Positions 28,701 through 38,221 of a stretch of 64,000 nucleotides of DNA are shown piece by piece. The position numbers and the translations under genes were made by a program. Every line of letters begins with the position of its first letter. Position 1 is the first letter of the stretch. The DNA comes from an uncultured virus (IMG/VR IMGVR_UViG_3300020175_000006) (lineage: Duplodnaviria; Heunggongvirae; Uroviricota; Caudoviricetes). The notes beneath the pieces were generated by a model. The model made no database searches, was not told where the DNA came from, and worked only from the letters and a program-made list of their open reading frames with translations. The stretch is from the IMG/VR virus record IMGVR_UViG_3300020175_000006, one strand, 5' to 3'.

Positions 28701-30842
28701 ATTTAAAGCTTGAGCCCATGTTGGGTTAGGTGAAAATCTCCATCTAGTTTTGCTCGGAGGTTCATTTGGCCCGTCTTTATATATGGGATATACAGGTGAT
28801 TTATACCATTCGGGTTGGTCCCTTTCTCCATCTTTATCAGTTTCTAGTTTTATTTGGTTTTTATAAAATCCAGGACCACTGTTACTGTCATATCCACTAC
28901 TTAAAAATCTACCAGTCCATGGAGACATAATGGTTGGTGTAGATGTTCCGTCAACATTCGCATTACACGCGTTTACCTGATAAGACTCACTCCAAGTAAT
29001 ATCCGCAATTGGTCCAAATGTTAGCTCATCCGCTAAGTCATTTAACTCTTGACTATCTTCTTCTGAAACACTATCAGAACTACAATTACAAGTCTCACAA
29101 TCAGGATAACTAATCATAGGTAGTGAAATGTTTTTAAATGGATTTTCTTTAGGTAGTGGTTCGATTAATGCACTTTTACAATCTTCCCTACTTAGTCTCC
29201 TTGAGAAAATGGATATGATAACACACATCACATATATAATTCCATTTATAATTGCTATTATAATATTTAGTATGGCCCTTACTATCGGATATAAAACAGC
29301 CAAAACATGCATTAAAATTATTAACGAAATAAATGAAGGAACTAAAATAGTGATAAGATAATTAAATAAAAGTATAAAAAAGTTACCGTTTCTTTGTGCG
29401 TCATTTATGGGTGGTTTATTAATTTCTGACTGACACGTTTTATCGTTAATCTCTTTTATCCCAAGATGTTTTATTCTATTAAACCCCCATTTAAATCTGT
29501 CAATATGAGACGCAACTGTATAAACTTTATTAAAATTAAACTCATAAAAACTATCATCACAATTAATAGCCGCGTTCTTATCGTAGTAATCATCCCAATT
29601 CAAAGAAAATGAATACGATTTATTCCATGTCTCTTCATCAGGTCTATCGTTAACGGTCGTTCCTGTCCATCCATGTTCTTTTATGTTGGGAATTAAGTAG
29701 TTCGCTCTTATTATTTCCCCGTCTAATCCCGACTCATTTTGCCATTTTATTTTAAATCTACTTTTACTTTTAGTAGGGATTCCGATAGATGGGTCTATTG
29801 ATATAATTTGTTCCCCGAATTCATTAGTTATTACATAGTCTAAATTCATCGGAAGGTCAATTAACCACGTACCGTTATCGTCAATTATATTACCACCTTC
29901 TTCAAAAATAAATTGTTCTAAAATAGGATTACCTGAAAAATCGACATCCGTTGTTTGTCTTATACATAGTATTTGACCCGGACCTGTAGATAAATCACAT
30001 AATTTACCTGTATCATTTTTAGGTTTACAATTCCCTTTTAAATAATCCTCATCAGTACTACTAAATATGGAGCCCATAAAAACTGCCTGTGGTTGTATTT
30101 CAATACCTAAATCTCTTAAATCGAAATCACTTCTAGTAATCCCAACATCACATAAATCATTTTCACCCCAAAATGGTGTGACATCCACTTCTTGTACGCT
30201 ATTGACTATTTGTGGTAAACTTTTTAAATCTTGTGAAGCTTTAAATTGTTGTCCATTAAACTGTGTCGGAACTCCCATCCCCATCCTTATTAAGTCAGAG
30301 GGTCGTAATGAGAATTGACCTATATTAGATAGGTCTAAGTCCATAACTAACTTTTGTTGACCCAATGGTACCCCGACTATCATAAAGTCTCCTGAGTTGT
30401 TTGTTTTTACTGTGTACTTGTAATATTTCTCGTAAACGTGTAAAACTTCTTTTCGAGTTAAAACATCTTCTCGGTCAGGAAAAGTACCCGTAGGTGTATG
30501 ACCTCCATACTCTTTTACGTATGGTAAAAGATTATATCTATACCCATCTTCATTTTTTGTCTGTATATTTTTATAAGGGTAAAGAGTAGATATAATATTA
30601 TCATTTTGGTCAATATCATCTAATGGTACAAATATAGAAATATTTACATTAGGTACTCCAAATCCACCATTAGCAATCACTCGTCCAGTTACAACTCCAT
30701 AATCCGCACAAAATCTTTCATATAAATCTTCTTGTCGTAATTTTAACGATAAGATTTCCAAAAAATCAAAATCTTGCTCTATATTAAGACGTACTTCCCT
30801 GTCGACCCCAACTTTTGTTCTAAACCTATATGACTTTGACAT
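25788..30842 (-). CDS. Large baseplate-region protein with carboxypeptidase-regulatory-like N-terminal domain and an internal hydrophobic segment
   Basis: GVVTGRVIANGGFGVPNVNISIF...VKTNNSGDFMIVGVPLG; ~60-aa hydrophobic stretch. Confidence 0.65.
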   Translation of the reverse strand: MSKSYRFRTKVGVDREVRLNIEQDFDFLEILSLKLRQEDLYERFCADYGVVTGRVIANGGFGVPNVNISIFVPLDDIDQNDNIISTLYPYKNIQTKNEDGYRYNLLPYVKEYGGHTPTGTFPDREDVLTRKEVLHVYEKYYKYTVKTNNSGDFMIVGVPLGQQKLVMDLDLSNIGQFSLRPSDLIRMGMGVPTQFNGQQFKASQDLKSLPQIVNSVQEVDVTPFWGENDLCDVGITRSDFDLRDLGIEIQPQAVFMGSIFSSTDEDYLKGNCKPKNDTGKLCDLSTGPGQILCIRQTTDVDFSGNPILEQFIFEEGGNIIDDNGTWLIDLPMNLDYVITNEFGEQIISIDPSIGIPTKSKSRFKIKWQNESGLDGEIIRANYLIPNIKEHGWTGTTVNDRPDEETWNKSYSFSLNWDDYYDKNAAINCDDSFYEFNFNKVYTVASHIDRFKWGFNRIKHLGIKEINDKTCQSEINKPPINDAQRNGNFFILLFNYLITILVPSFISLIILMHVLAVLYPIVRAILNIIIAIINGIIYVMCVIISIFSRRLSREDCKSALIEPLPKENPFKNISLPMISYPDCETCNCSSDSVSEEDSQELNDLADELTFGPIADITWSESYQVNACNANVDGTSTPTIMSPWTGRFLSSGYDSNSGPGFYKNQIKLETDKDGERDQPEWYKSPVYPIYKDGPNEPPSKTRWRFSPNPTWAQALNLMNRRHMYFGDNGNQNFGPSTTNRMLVRTVNDHFGYNASTPWTDSCFIMVLDPGSVVIPGQLFTFNDPSTISDPNVNRYPSGNQFNNNGLTGNSINYNENGYTTIDIKYLKPNGVASTAQGVTIVNTGATTSYKYKAGVEYFQVITGMTRSEVNSITTGTTNGLLRRYLLDYKVGYQCEENDQTDGDAHNLATVSHFYKQGNTNENDLVIVFATRGVDPYSPKQKMKYDLSKLFGYETSSGEFDDWANEVTVEGEYYLNIPIQPNVLTGENTATQDGIWRNSNKTPVPHFKWVGDDLKFEDTNNYGYGGDGFSAKALYHPSYTANFGNSGENYQSFSTECFNKYVSLDKQLVNDNRYKNYMGVDGNGVNCPDGPGSGYPNKGMDPWFQRGIEGCGYQYSDKNNDKRNLKNTDDTKIITVSPLYLSRNLSDQQVITNMSNVNRLVFRSDRIPTGDQFDRFEYNNNEPEFRRYGLHLNLRQQLFFLDEEGTVTNIEGEVVTSSDDTGNAADASEDANSVTSEVIQSFGCQGMVPLNCYQGQGEEFEVVNPCDLPGPIDSDERVVNGCYRFVIRRLILTIPRDIQMFFEWRVRIRFMFALCQGVIGQMFQNNWLNGSLYMPSFQKQTIYNSDNQPKRYRFCGDPQQFWVNRRYQGPLYFNTETNSFFYRSTPFNDDTNQFIGQEPGRDYYSGQNDKNIWYPTTINELGPRDEFTKEIAFSPEFEGYIIDTIETTSYNDPSNIDILFIVSRLANANFLEQVLGAGDGSVGMLFSRETQILGLSNPLDSRVDGDYAQMVGINSEYGVIPFLEGNYEDSISLIDDRFGIWFSSNTINRRVITNGVTTFGTEPTGPTNTFGYSNTQVVPYYMWNVNDNGLFGTQHNSWNTEYIFNSKYQGDDFYNNNSTYMKPNSGYGLGYIYNRSSTDPEYDSYPTNDVNGGNFKVGGPFYYYFGLKRGKSAMNRYIKKYIFAQDE

Positions 30843-30915
30843 AAAATTACTTTTAAAATAAATAGTTATTTATACTAATTTTAAAACTATTTAAATAAAA
30901 GTATATGGAAGAAAA

Positions 30916-32754
30916 TTATGAGAAATCTACGTTCTTCAATTGTTTTATTCTAACTTTGATATCTTTTTCAGGAAACTTTACCTGATATATCTGATTTGGT
31001 TGTGCAAAAATAGTATCATCAATTAATTCAATTTGTTTAGTGTTTTTGTCCAAATATCTTTGTGAAGTTTCTGAAGACGAATATTGACCCCCAGTTTTAT
31101 TAAAAACTTTTAAATCCGCCAATGTACTAACTCCAGGAATATCTTGTATTAATCTCCTTATGTCGGATATATTTATGTTCTTACCTAATAGATTAGTCGA
31201 TGGTGACATATATGAATTAACACTATCAACTATACTCGTTATTACTTGTCCTTGATTTTCACTAGATTCCATTGACACTGAAAATACAAATTCTAAATCA
31301 ATTACTTGAGCACTTCTTACTGAAATATAATCATTAATCATCCTGTAATTAGATAAATAATTTGCAATATTTTGTTTTAATGTATTTGATACGTTACTAG
31401 TTAACTTACCATTATCATCAAATGATAATATTTCTATTTTAATCTTATTATCCTCTTCCGTTATAGACGCCTTAGCCGGCGCTCCAAACCTACTCGGCAT
31501 AGTTCTAATTAAAGAATTATAATCATTTACCGTAACGGCCCTTTTTTGTGCCGCAAAATTATAGGTAACCATATTACGCACTTCCTCAGTAGTAGGTAAG
31601 TTACCCCCACCTATCGCTGCGGTTACATTATTAGACCTTAAACTTTGAATTACATTCTGATTAATGTTAGGTGATGGTCCGTTAACCGAAAAATTAATGG
31701 TTCCGATTTGGTTGATTGTGTTTACCCCGATGTTAGAACCTATCCCACCCCCTATTCTATATTTAACAAATAGTGTAGTATTAGCCTTAACAGTTCTACC
31801 TAACCCAATATTGTTTTGATAATTTTCAAGCCTAAGCGGTATTCCTGTTTTTGCAAATTGAGCTAACTGGTCGTCAGCAGTAACTGTAGCGGAACCGAAA
31901 GTTAATTTACAATAACCCTCAGGTGTATATTCAGAAATAAATCTACTTTCAGTTTCAATATAACGACCCACTTTTATCCCTGGATTATCTGAAGCCTTTG
32001 TGGGGTCTTCAACAAATACTGTATTTTCTGCCAACGCATCTACCTCATACCATCTATCAGGTGCAGTTATAAATTCACCATAAGTAGGTGGGCTTGAGTA
32101 AGTAATACCATCTTTCTGAATTAATGATGTTATACTTATAACGTTTTTTTCAGGTAAGAAGAACTCATAAAATGGTTTAACATCATTATTATTAATTACT
32201 TTTTTAAATATTTTAGTGGTACCATTAACAACAACCTCTCGTTTAGTTATAGTATAATTAATAATTCGATTATTACTATCAAAATTCGGTATTTTAGTTC
32301 TGTTAGGGAATCCACTACTATTATATTGAGTACTAAAGTCGATATCGTCTTGGTTTTCAAATATTTGACCCGCACCTATAAACTGAGAACCTGACCTTAT
32401 AATACCTAAATACCTACTGTCTTCTTGGTCTCCAAAAGCTGGAACAGTAATAGACACATCTAATAACGCAATAGAAGGTCTATTACCAGGTATTTTTAAT
32501 CCATATGTTCTAGCGATATTATATATTGAAGATTTTTGTTGAGCGTATTGTAATACAGTTTCTTGTATACTTCTGTCTATATGATAATTTAAGTTGTCTC
32601 CAATAGCCGCGTTTAAATCTAAAAATACTGAGAATACGGAAGCGTCATTAAAATTATCAATGAGGTCCGGATAATACTGTCTTGTAAAGTTTATAAGGTC
32701 TTGTCTTAAACCTTCAAAATCTCTTTCCGTATATGATATTTTACGATTAGCCAT
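30916..32754 (-). CDS. Baseplate wedge subunit (T4 gp6 / baseplate J-like)
   Basis: SYTERDFEGLRQDL, DNFNDAS, QKRAVTVNDY motifs; adjacent to the gp25-like gene. Confidence 0.85.
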   Translation of the reverse strand: MANRKISYTERDFEGLRQDLINFTRQYYPDLIDNFNDASVFSVFLDLNAAIGDNLNYHIDRSIQETVLQYAQQKSSIYNIARTYGLKIPGNRPSIALLDVSITVPAFGDQEDSRYLGIIRSGSQFIGAGQIFENQDDIDFSTQYNSSGFPNRTKIPNFDSNNRIINYTITKREVVVNGTTKIFKKVINNNDVKPFYEFFLPEKNVISITSLIQKDGITYSSPPTYGEFITAPDRWYEVDALAENTVFVEDPTKASDNPGIKVGRYIETESRFISEYTPEGYCKLTFGSATVTADDQLAQFAKTGIPLRLENYQNNIGLGRTVKANTTLFVKYRIGGGIGSNIGVNTINQIGTINFSVNGPSPNINQNVIQSLRSNNVTAAIGGGNLPTTEEVRNMVTYNFAAQKRAVTVNDYNSLIRTMPSRFGAPAKASITEEDNKIKIEILSFDDNGKLTSNVSNTLKQNIANYLSNYRMINDYISVRSAQVIDLEFVFSVSMESSENQGQVITSIVDSVNSYMSPSTNLLGKNINISDIRRLIQDIPGVSTLADLKVFNKTGGQYSSSETSQRYLDKNTKQIELIDDTIFAQPNQIYQVKFPEKDIKVRIKQLKNVDFS

Positions 32755-32759
32755 ATAAT

Positions 32760-33239
32760 TTAAATATTAATTATTATAAAATCTCTACTTTCAAATGTAG
32801 TATCTTTAATAGAATAGTCTATTTTTACTTTCGCAGTATATTCATCTACCCCTTCACCTGCAGTTCTAAAAATGTCAAACATTTCATATTCAGAATTTTC
32901 GTCTTCGGTATTTAGAGTACCCGAAACATTCCTATCATCTTCACTATAAGGGGATATAGATATGTCATTAATCTGTAAATTAGGTATGTATTTATCAACT
33001 GATGTTTGTATATCTGATTTTATTGCATCAAATGTTGGTCCGTCCATTGGTTCAAAAATAAACTCATATATCCTAGTTCCAAAGTCAGGTAAGTAATATC
33101 TACTACCTTTCCTTGTTAATATTAAATGTAATAAATCCGTCCTTATCTCATCTTCGGCAGTTTTTGTCCGAGTGAGATAGTTACCATTAACACTTTCAGA
33201 AAATGGAAATTTTATACCATATGATTTATTTATTGCCAT
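32760..33239 (-). CDS. Baseplate wedge / sheath initiator (gp25/GpW-like)
   Basis: LILTRKGSRYYLPDFGTRIYEFIFEP motif. Confidence 0.88.
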   Translation of the reverse strand: MAINKSYGIKFPFSESVNGNYLTRTKTAEDEIRTDLLHLILTRKGSRYYLPDFGTRIYEFIFEPMDGPTFDAIKSDIQTSVDKYIPNLQINDISISPYSEDDRNVSGTLNTEDENSEYEMFDIFRTAGEGVDEYTAKVKIDYSIKDTTFESRDFIIINI

Positions 33240-33269
33240 AACAATAAATATTCGATATAATATTTTTAT

Positions 33270-33303
33270 AAATAAAACCCACCTTTTTAGATGGGTTTTA
33301 TTT
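33270..33303 (-). terminator. Intrinsic terminator after nrdA
   Basis: aaataaaaccca...tgggttttattt inverted repeat with T-rich tail. Confidence 0.75.
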
Positions 33304-33305
33304 TA

Positions 33306-35012
33306 TTATCCTTCACAAGCAACACATTGTAAGTCGTTGAGGTTTAATTTCTTCCTTGAGAAAGCCTGAGCTGAGTTCATCGAATGTTGATAATATAGTG
33401 TTTTTACTCCTAGTTTCCAAGCGTCAATTAACAGTTTATTTATATCTTTTGTTGGCATATCAGGTGAAACCATTAAGTTTAATGACTGTGATTGGTCAAT
33501 ATAGTCTTGTCTGATAGCCGCTTGGTTGATTATGGACGCTTGATTTATTTCGGCAAATGTTCTAAATACATCTTTTTGCTCTTTAGTTAAAAAATCTAAG
33601 TGTTGAGCTGAACCATCTCTTTTCTTAATACTGTCCCACACTTGTTTGGTATCTTTACCTAACTCTTGTAATAGTTTTTTAAGTACCGGATTTTTAATAG
33701 TAACTTTTAATTTAGCAACGTCTTTAACATAACAATTAGACCATATAGGTTCTATTGATTGTGATACTTGTCCTAAAATAAACGCTGATGAGGTAGTAGG
33801 TGCAATTGCATTTAGAGTAACATTTCTTCTACCATAACCTTCAAGATATTCAGGTTCTCCAAAAATTTTAGCCAAGTCTTCAGAAGCCTTATATGACTTT
33901 TCTTTTATCAATTTAAAAACTTCTACATTAAGTTTAGCGCTTTCTTTAGTGTCAAAAGGTAAGTTTTTAGATTGTAATAGTGAGTGCCAACCTAAAACAC
34001 CTAAACCTAACGCTCTTTGTCTTTTTGCGAAGTTATATGCCTTCTCCAAATAAAAGAATCCTCTTTTACCTTCTATAGTACCATCGTCTCTAATATTTTC
34101 AATTTTTGTTAAAAATTCACTTACAACGGCATCTAAAAAGAAGGTCATTATCTCAACCGCATCTGTATTTTTCCACTCATCATAATGAAGTACATTCATG
34201 GATGAAAGAACACATACGAATGACTCCTCATCTGAGTTATGTAAAGCTATTTCCGAACAAAGGTTAGAGTTATAAATTTTAGCACCTTTATCTCTATAAA
34301 CATCGGGAGCTTTATTATTCATAGTATCGTTAAACATAATATAAGGATATCCAATTTCCCCCCTTCTTTGTATTACTTTAGCCCAAATCGCTCTTTTTTC
34401 ATTATCCCCACCTATCATATCATTCATAAACTCATCAGTAACAGTTACCGCATGTGTTAAGTCCTGAATAGGAAAACCTTCGGTACCAATTTCTAAAAAT
34501 TCCATAATATCAGGATGTTCTACAGGTAAATATGGAGAGAATCTACCTCTTCTAGTAGACCCCTGTGAAATATTATCGACAACACTTTCAAATAAGTTCA
34601 TAAAATGAACTGAGCCTGGAGCATGTCCATTGTCTGTAATCTCAGCACCTCTTTCTCTAATATTACCAAAGTAACCTGAGGTACCTCCACCCATTTTACT
34701 CATTTCGCCCACTTCTGCTTGTGTATATAATATTGACTCTATGTTGTCACATATATTTGACCCAAAACAACTGACAGGTAGACCTCTTTTTTTACCAAAA
34801 TTAGCCCAAACAGGTGAAGATAGTGAATACCATCCTCGACCCATATATTCATAAAATTTATCCGCGAACCCTTCAATTCCTAGTATTTTTTCAGCGTGAT
34901 TAGCTATAGTGCGAATTCTATCTAACGCCTCTTCTCCGTCACTAAGATATCCTCTACGAAGAAAGGTAATGGACTCCTCATTTATCCATTCAAAATTTTC
35001 TCTATTTTCCAT
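33306..35012 (-). CDS. nrdA: Ribonucleotide reductase class I alpha subunit, lacking an ATP-cone
   Basis: PVSCF, SNLCSEI, VCVLSS, APTTSS, KTLYY and C-terminal CVACEG motifs; 568 aa. Confidence 0.95.
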   Translation of the reverse strand: MENRENFEWINEESITFLRRGYLSDGEEALDRIRTIANHAEKILGIEGFADKFYEYMGRGWYSLSSPVWANFGKKRGLPVSCFGSNICDNIESILYTQAEVGEMSKMGGGTSGYFGNIRERGAEITDNGHAPGSVHFMNLFESVVDNISQGSTRRGRFSPYLPVEHPDIMEFLEIGTEGFPIQDLTHAVTVTDEFMNDMIGGDNEKRAIWAKVIQRRGEIGYPYIMFNDTMNNKAPDVYRDKGAKIYNSNLCSEIALHNSDEESFVCVLSSMNVLHYDEWKNTDAVEIMTFFLDAVVSEFLTKIENIRDDGTIEGKRGFFYLEKAYNFAKRQRALGLGVLGWHSLLQSKNLPFDTKESAKLNVEVFKLIKEKSYKASEDLAKIFGEPEYLEGYGRRNVTLNAIAPTTSSAFILGQVSQSIEPIWSNCYVKDVAKLKVTIKNPVLKKLLQELGKDTKQVWDSIKKRDGSAQHLDFLTKEQKDVFRTFAEINQASIINQAAIRQDYIDQSQSLNLMVSPDMPTKDINKLLIDAWKLGVKTLYYQHSMNSAQAFSRKKLNLNDLQCVACEG

Positions 35013-35027
35013 TTTAGTTATATCGTT

Positions 35028-36308
35028 TTAAAATAAATCGTTTGATGTGATTGATTTTGATTTTTTACTATAGTTAATACTTCTTTTATTAAAGAAGTCT
35101 GTGTGTTTTGTAGTTAAAATCTCATCGTCAAACCATTCCGTGGTTTCTAATATTGTTTCATTAACTTCAAAAACACTATCAATACCAATTGAATTTAAAG
35201 ATACATTAAATCTGTGTTTAATAAACTCCAATGTTTGTTTTTTAGTGAGAAATTCTAAGTCTCCCTCTTCAAAAATCCAATTTACCACTTCTTGCTCAGC
35301 CTCATACGCTTCGTGAGTTGAGATTATTAAATCCTCCACTAGTTCTTGTGTCCACCAATCGGGGTTTTCTTGTTTGATTAAGTTAACCAACTCAAATCCA
35401 AATTCAGCGTGAATATTTTCTTCTTTCGATGTCGCTTCAACCGCATTACTAATCCCTTTCAATTTGTTTTTATGTTTATTAAATGACATAATAACTAAAA
35501 ATTGTGAAAATAATGATACATTTTCAATAAACATAGAGAACAATACAATCGATTCAAAGTATTCTTTGTTTTCTACCGCTTTTGAGTTAGTAATAGATTT
35601 TTCTAAGTATTTAATTCTTCTTCTAATTGCGGGTACTTCAAGTAAATTTTCAAATTTTTTATTTAAACCTAAAAGCTGTATTAGGTGTGAATAAGCATCC
35701 GCATGTCTAACCTCTGATTCCGCAAAAGTAGCCCCTACACTTCCAATCTCAGGTTTAGGCATTCTTTTGTATATGTCACCCCAAAATGTTTTAACTGCAA
35801 TTTCTATTTGTGATATTGCTAACATAGCTCTTTCAACTGCAGATTTTTCTTTCTTATTTAAATGGACCTTATAGTCTTGTATGTCGGACGTAAAATTAAA
35901 TTCTGTGTGAACCCAATATGAATGTCTTATAGCGTCTACATATTCATTAAGATTAGGGTAATCATATGGTTTTAGATTTGTTCTTTTAGAAAAAATATTG
36001 GGTCTACTTTTTGAACGGTAAATGATGTACTCTTTCGCAACGTCATTCAAACCATTATCCATTAATTTATTTTCCACCATGTCGTGTATTTCATCAACAT
36101 GAGGAACGTGTTCTTTATTATTCCTAAAAATCGCTTTAGTGGTTAGTCTAGCGATTTTTTCAGCCATTTCCTCATCTACCATTTCGATGCTTTTCATCGC
36201 CTTTATGACCGCCCTTTCAATTTTTTCAGAATGAAATGGTACTTTATCTCCACTTCTTTTTACGACATAGCGTATATCTCTATCAATTTTATCTATTAAT
36301 CTTTCCAT
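35028..36308 (-). CDS. nrdB: Ribonucleotide reductase beta subunit with N-terminal ATP-cone
   Basis: VVKRSGDKVPF...VENKLM...AKEYIIYR cone followed by ferritin-like SQIEIAVKTFW, ESEVRHADAY, EENIH, DFF. Confidence 0.93.
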   Translation of the reverse strand: MERLIDKIDRDIRYVVKRSGDKVPFHSEKIERAVIKAMKSIEMVDEEMAEKIARLTTKAIFRNNKEHVPHVDEIHDMVENKLMDNGLNDVAKEYIIYRSKSRPNIFSKRTNLKPYDYPNLNEYVDAIRHSYWVHTEFNFTSDIQDYKVHLNKKEKSAVERAMLAISQIEIAVKTFWGDIYKRMPKPEIGSVGATFAESEVRHADAYSHLIQLLGLNKKFENLLEVPAIRRRIKYLEKSITNSKAVENKEYFESIVLFSMFIENVSLFSQFLVIMSFNKHKNKLKGISNAVEATSKEENIHAEFGFELVNLIKQENPDWWTQELVEDLIISTHEAYEAEQEVVNWIFEEGDLEFLTKKQTLEFIKHRFNVSLNSIGIDSVFEVNETILETTEWFDDEILTTKHTDFFNKRSINYSKKSKSITSNDLF

Positions 36309-36331
36309 TTTTATAATAATTTTAGGGTTTA

Positions 36332-37708
36332 TTAATTACTCTCCTTTTGTTTTTTTCTATCAAGGAGTTCTTTAATTCGTTTCCTATTGTTTTCTTCTTT
36401 TTGTTCTTCCAAACCTAAGAAGGTTACACTTTGTTCAGTATCTATAACTAACATCTCGTTATCAAATTTACAATTTTCAAACACAACACCGTCTTTCCCA
36501 ATTCTAGACTTAGTGATGGCGATTGTAGCTAAATTCATTTCTTTTTGCTGTAAGGATTTCGCGACAGAAATAATTACGTGCCCTACTTGAGCCTTTTTAA
36601 TCGAGCCTCCCATTTGGTCAGTAGTAACCACATCAGAAGATATAGAACTTCTATTACCTTGGGTTGCTGTCCATCCTACCAAATCCAATTCGTGACACAT
36701 CGATTCAAATCCTCTCATTACTGAACCCTCACTTTTCCACTCATCACCTAAGTTTTTGTCAGGAACTACACAATCAATATAATCTAGTACTACCATGTCA
36801 ACTTTATTACCTTCTGCAGTCATCTTACGAATTTGATTTTTAATCTGATTCATAGTAAGTGTATCTGACGGAAGTTTCTTTAAGATTAACTTATTTGGTG
36901 TATTTTCACGAATATCTTTAATTTTGTCCATGACTTTGTCCTTATGTAAAGACAATAAATCAGGAGCTATTTCAGTCCATAACGTAAAATGTTTTCTTTG
37001 TATAATTTTAGGGTTATCCTCAAAGAATATCTGAAGTACGTTATAACCTAAATTAAATGCGTGGTTAGAGATTTTAGTTAGGAGGGTGGATTTTCCAACA
37101 CCTGTAGGTGCTAATATAACTCCCAATTCTCCTTTCGCCATACCTCCTTTCAAAAGGTTATCAATACCTGGTATACCCATAGGTATCGGATGTCTAAAAT
37201 CTTCTTCTAAAACGTCATCTAAGTTAGCAAAAACATCTGCAGTTCCAGTGTCTACCTCACCAACTTGTAATGCTTCTCTAACCATTTCCTCCAAATGGTC
37301 ATAACTCTCAAAATCACCTTTATCAATGATTTTCTGAGCCTTACCCATAACCTTTTGTAGTTCTTGTTGTTTACAGAATTTTAAAGCCTTTTCTTGTACA
37401 AAAATTTCACCTTCCGATGGGGCTTCCTTAATTTGTTCTACCATATCCAAAACCATTTTTTGAGCCATGGGTGAGGACACTTCAGACTTAATAAGTTGTT
37501 CTAAGGTGTTGTAAGAAGGAGTATGTTCATACTTTATATAATACTCCTTAATAATTTGCATAATCAGTTTAAAGTACTGATTGTCAAAGTATTTTGGTTC
37601 AATTACATCAACAATAGACGCCGCAAAGTCCTTGTAAAGAACGATGTTATTAAGTAGTTGATTTTGAAATGTGTTTCCGAGATAACCAAAATTTTTTTCC
37701 TTAGACAT
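36332..37708 (-). CDS. DnaB/T4 gp41-like replicative helicase
   Basis: Walker A APTGVGKS, VVLDYID, WTATQGNR, KSRIG. Confidence 0.92.
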   Translation of the reverse strand: MSKEKNFGYLGNTFQNQLLNNIVLYKDFAASIVDVIEPKYFDNQYFKLIMQIIKEYYIKYEHTPSYNTLEQLIKSEVSSPMAQKMVLDMVEQIKEAPSEGEIFVQEKALKFCKQQELQKVMGKAQKIIDKGDFESYDHLEEMVREALQVGEVDTGTADVFANLDDVLEEDFRHPIPMGIPGIDNLLKGGMAKGELGVILAPTGVGKSTLLTKISNHAFNLGYNVLQIFFEDNPKIIQRKHFTLWTEIAPDLLSLHKDKVMDKIKDIRENTPNKLILKKLPSDTLTMNQIKNQIRKMTAEGNKVDMVVLDYIDCVVPDKNLGDEWKSEGSVMRGFESMCHELDLVGWTATQGNRSSISSDVVTTDQMGGSIKKAQVGHVIISVAKSLQQKEMNLATIAITKSRIGKDGVVFENCKFDNEMLVIDTEQSVTFLGLEEQKEENNRKRIKELLDRKKQKESN

Positions 37709-37747
37709 GTTTATCAGTTTTTAAAATACGTGTCTTAATAAATATAA

Positions 37748-38203
37748 TCAAACTAGGTTATATCCCGCGATTTCATATGTCAATTTGTCAGTAGAAAAAA
37801 CATTAGTTAATGCCTTTAATACAGACTTCAAATGAGGTCTTACGTCAACGGTATACCTTACTTTGGGTGGGTAAACTTTCCCATCCCATATACGATGGTA
37901 TATAACATCATCATTCAATTTAATGTATACGTTAAAATCTTCTGCCTCGTCCGTCATAGACGTCTCCATAATCTTTGGGTCAGCAGCAATTTGATACTCG
38001 TTATCTAACATATAGGTTATAGATTTCATTTTAAGGTCGTTATGAATCTCCTCTTGAATTCCCATAACTGTCTCGTACAACTCAAAACTATTTTTCGCGT
38101 TTTTGTTATAACTTTTAACATTATAATATCTCTGAACAATGATATTATCATTAAGAGTTAGAAGAAACTCCATTTTAGTCATTTCACTTTTTTCCTTACT
38201 CAT
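37748..38203 (-). CDS. Hypothetical protein in replication cluster
   Basis: 151-aa ORF between exonuclease and helicase. Confidence 0.75.
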   Translation of the reverse strand: MSKEKSEMTKMEFLLTLNDNIIVQRYYNVKSYNKNAKNSFELYETVMGIQEEIHNDLKMKSITYMLDNEYQIAADPKIMETSMTDEAEDFNVYIKLNDDVIYHRIWDGKVYPPKVRYTVDVRPHLKSVLKALTNVFSTDKLTYEIAGYNLV

Positions 38204-38221
38204 TTTTTAATTTTTTTTAAG

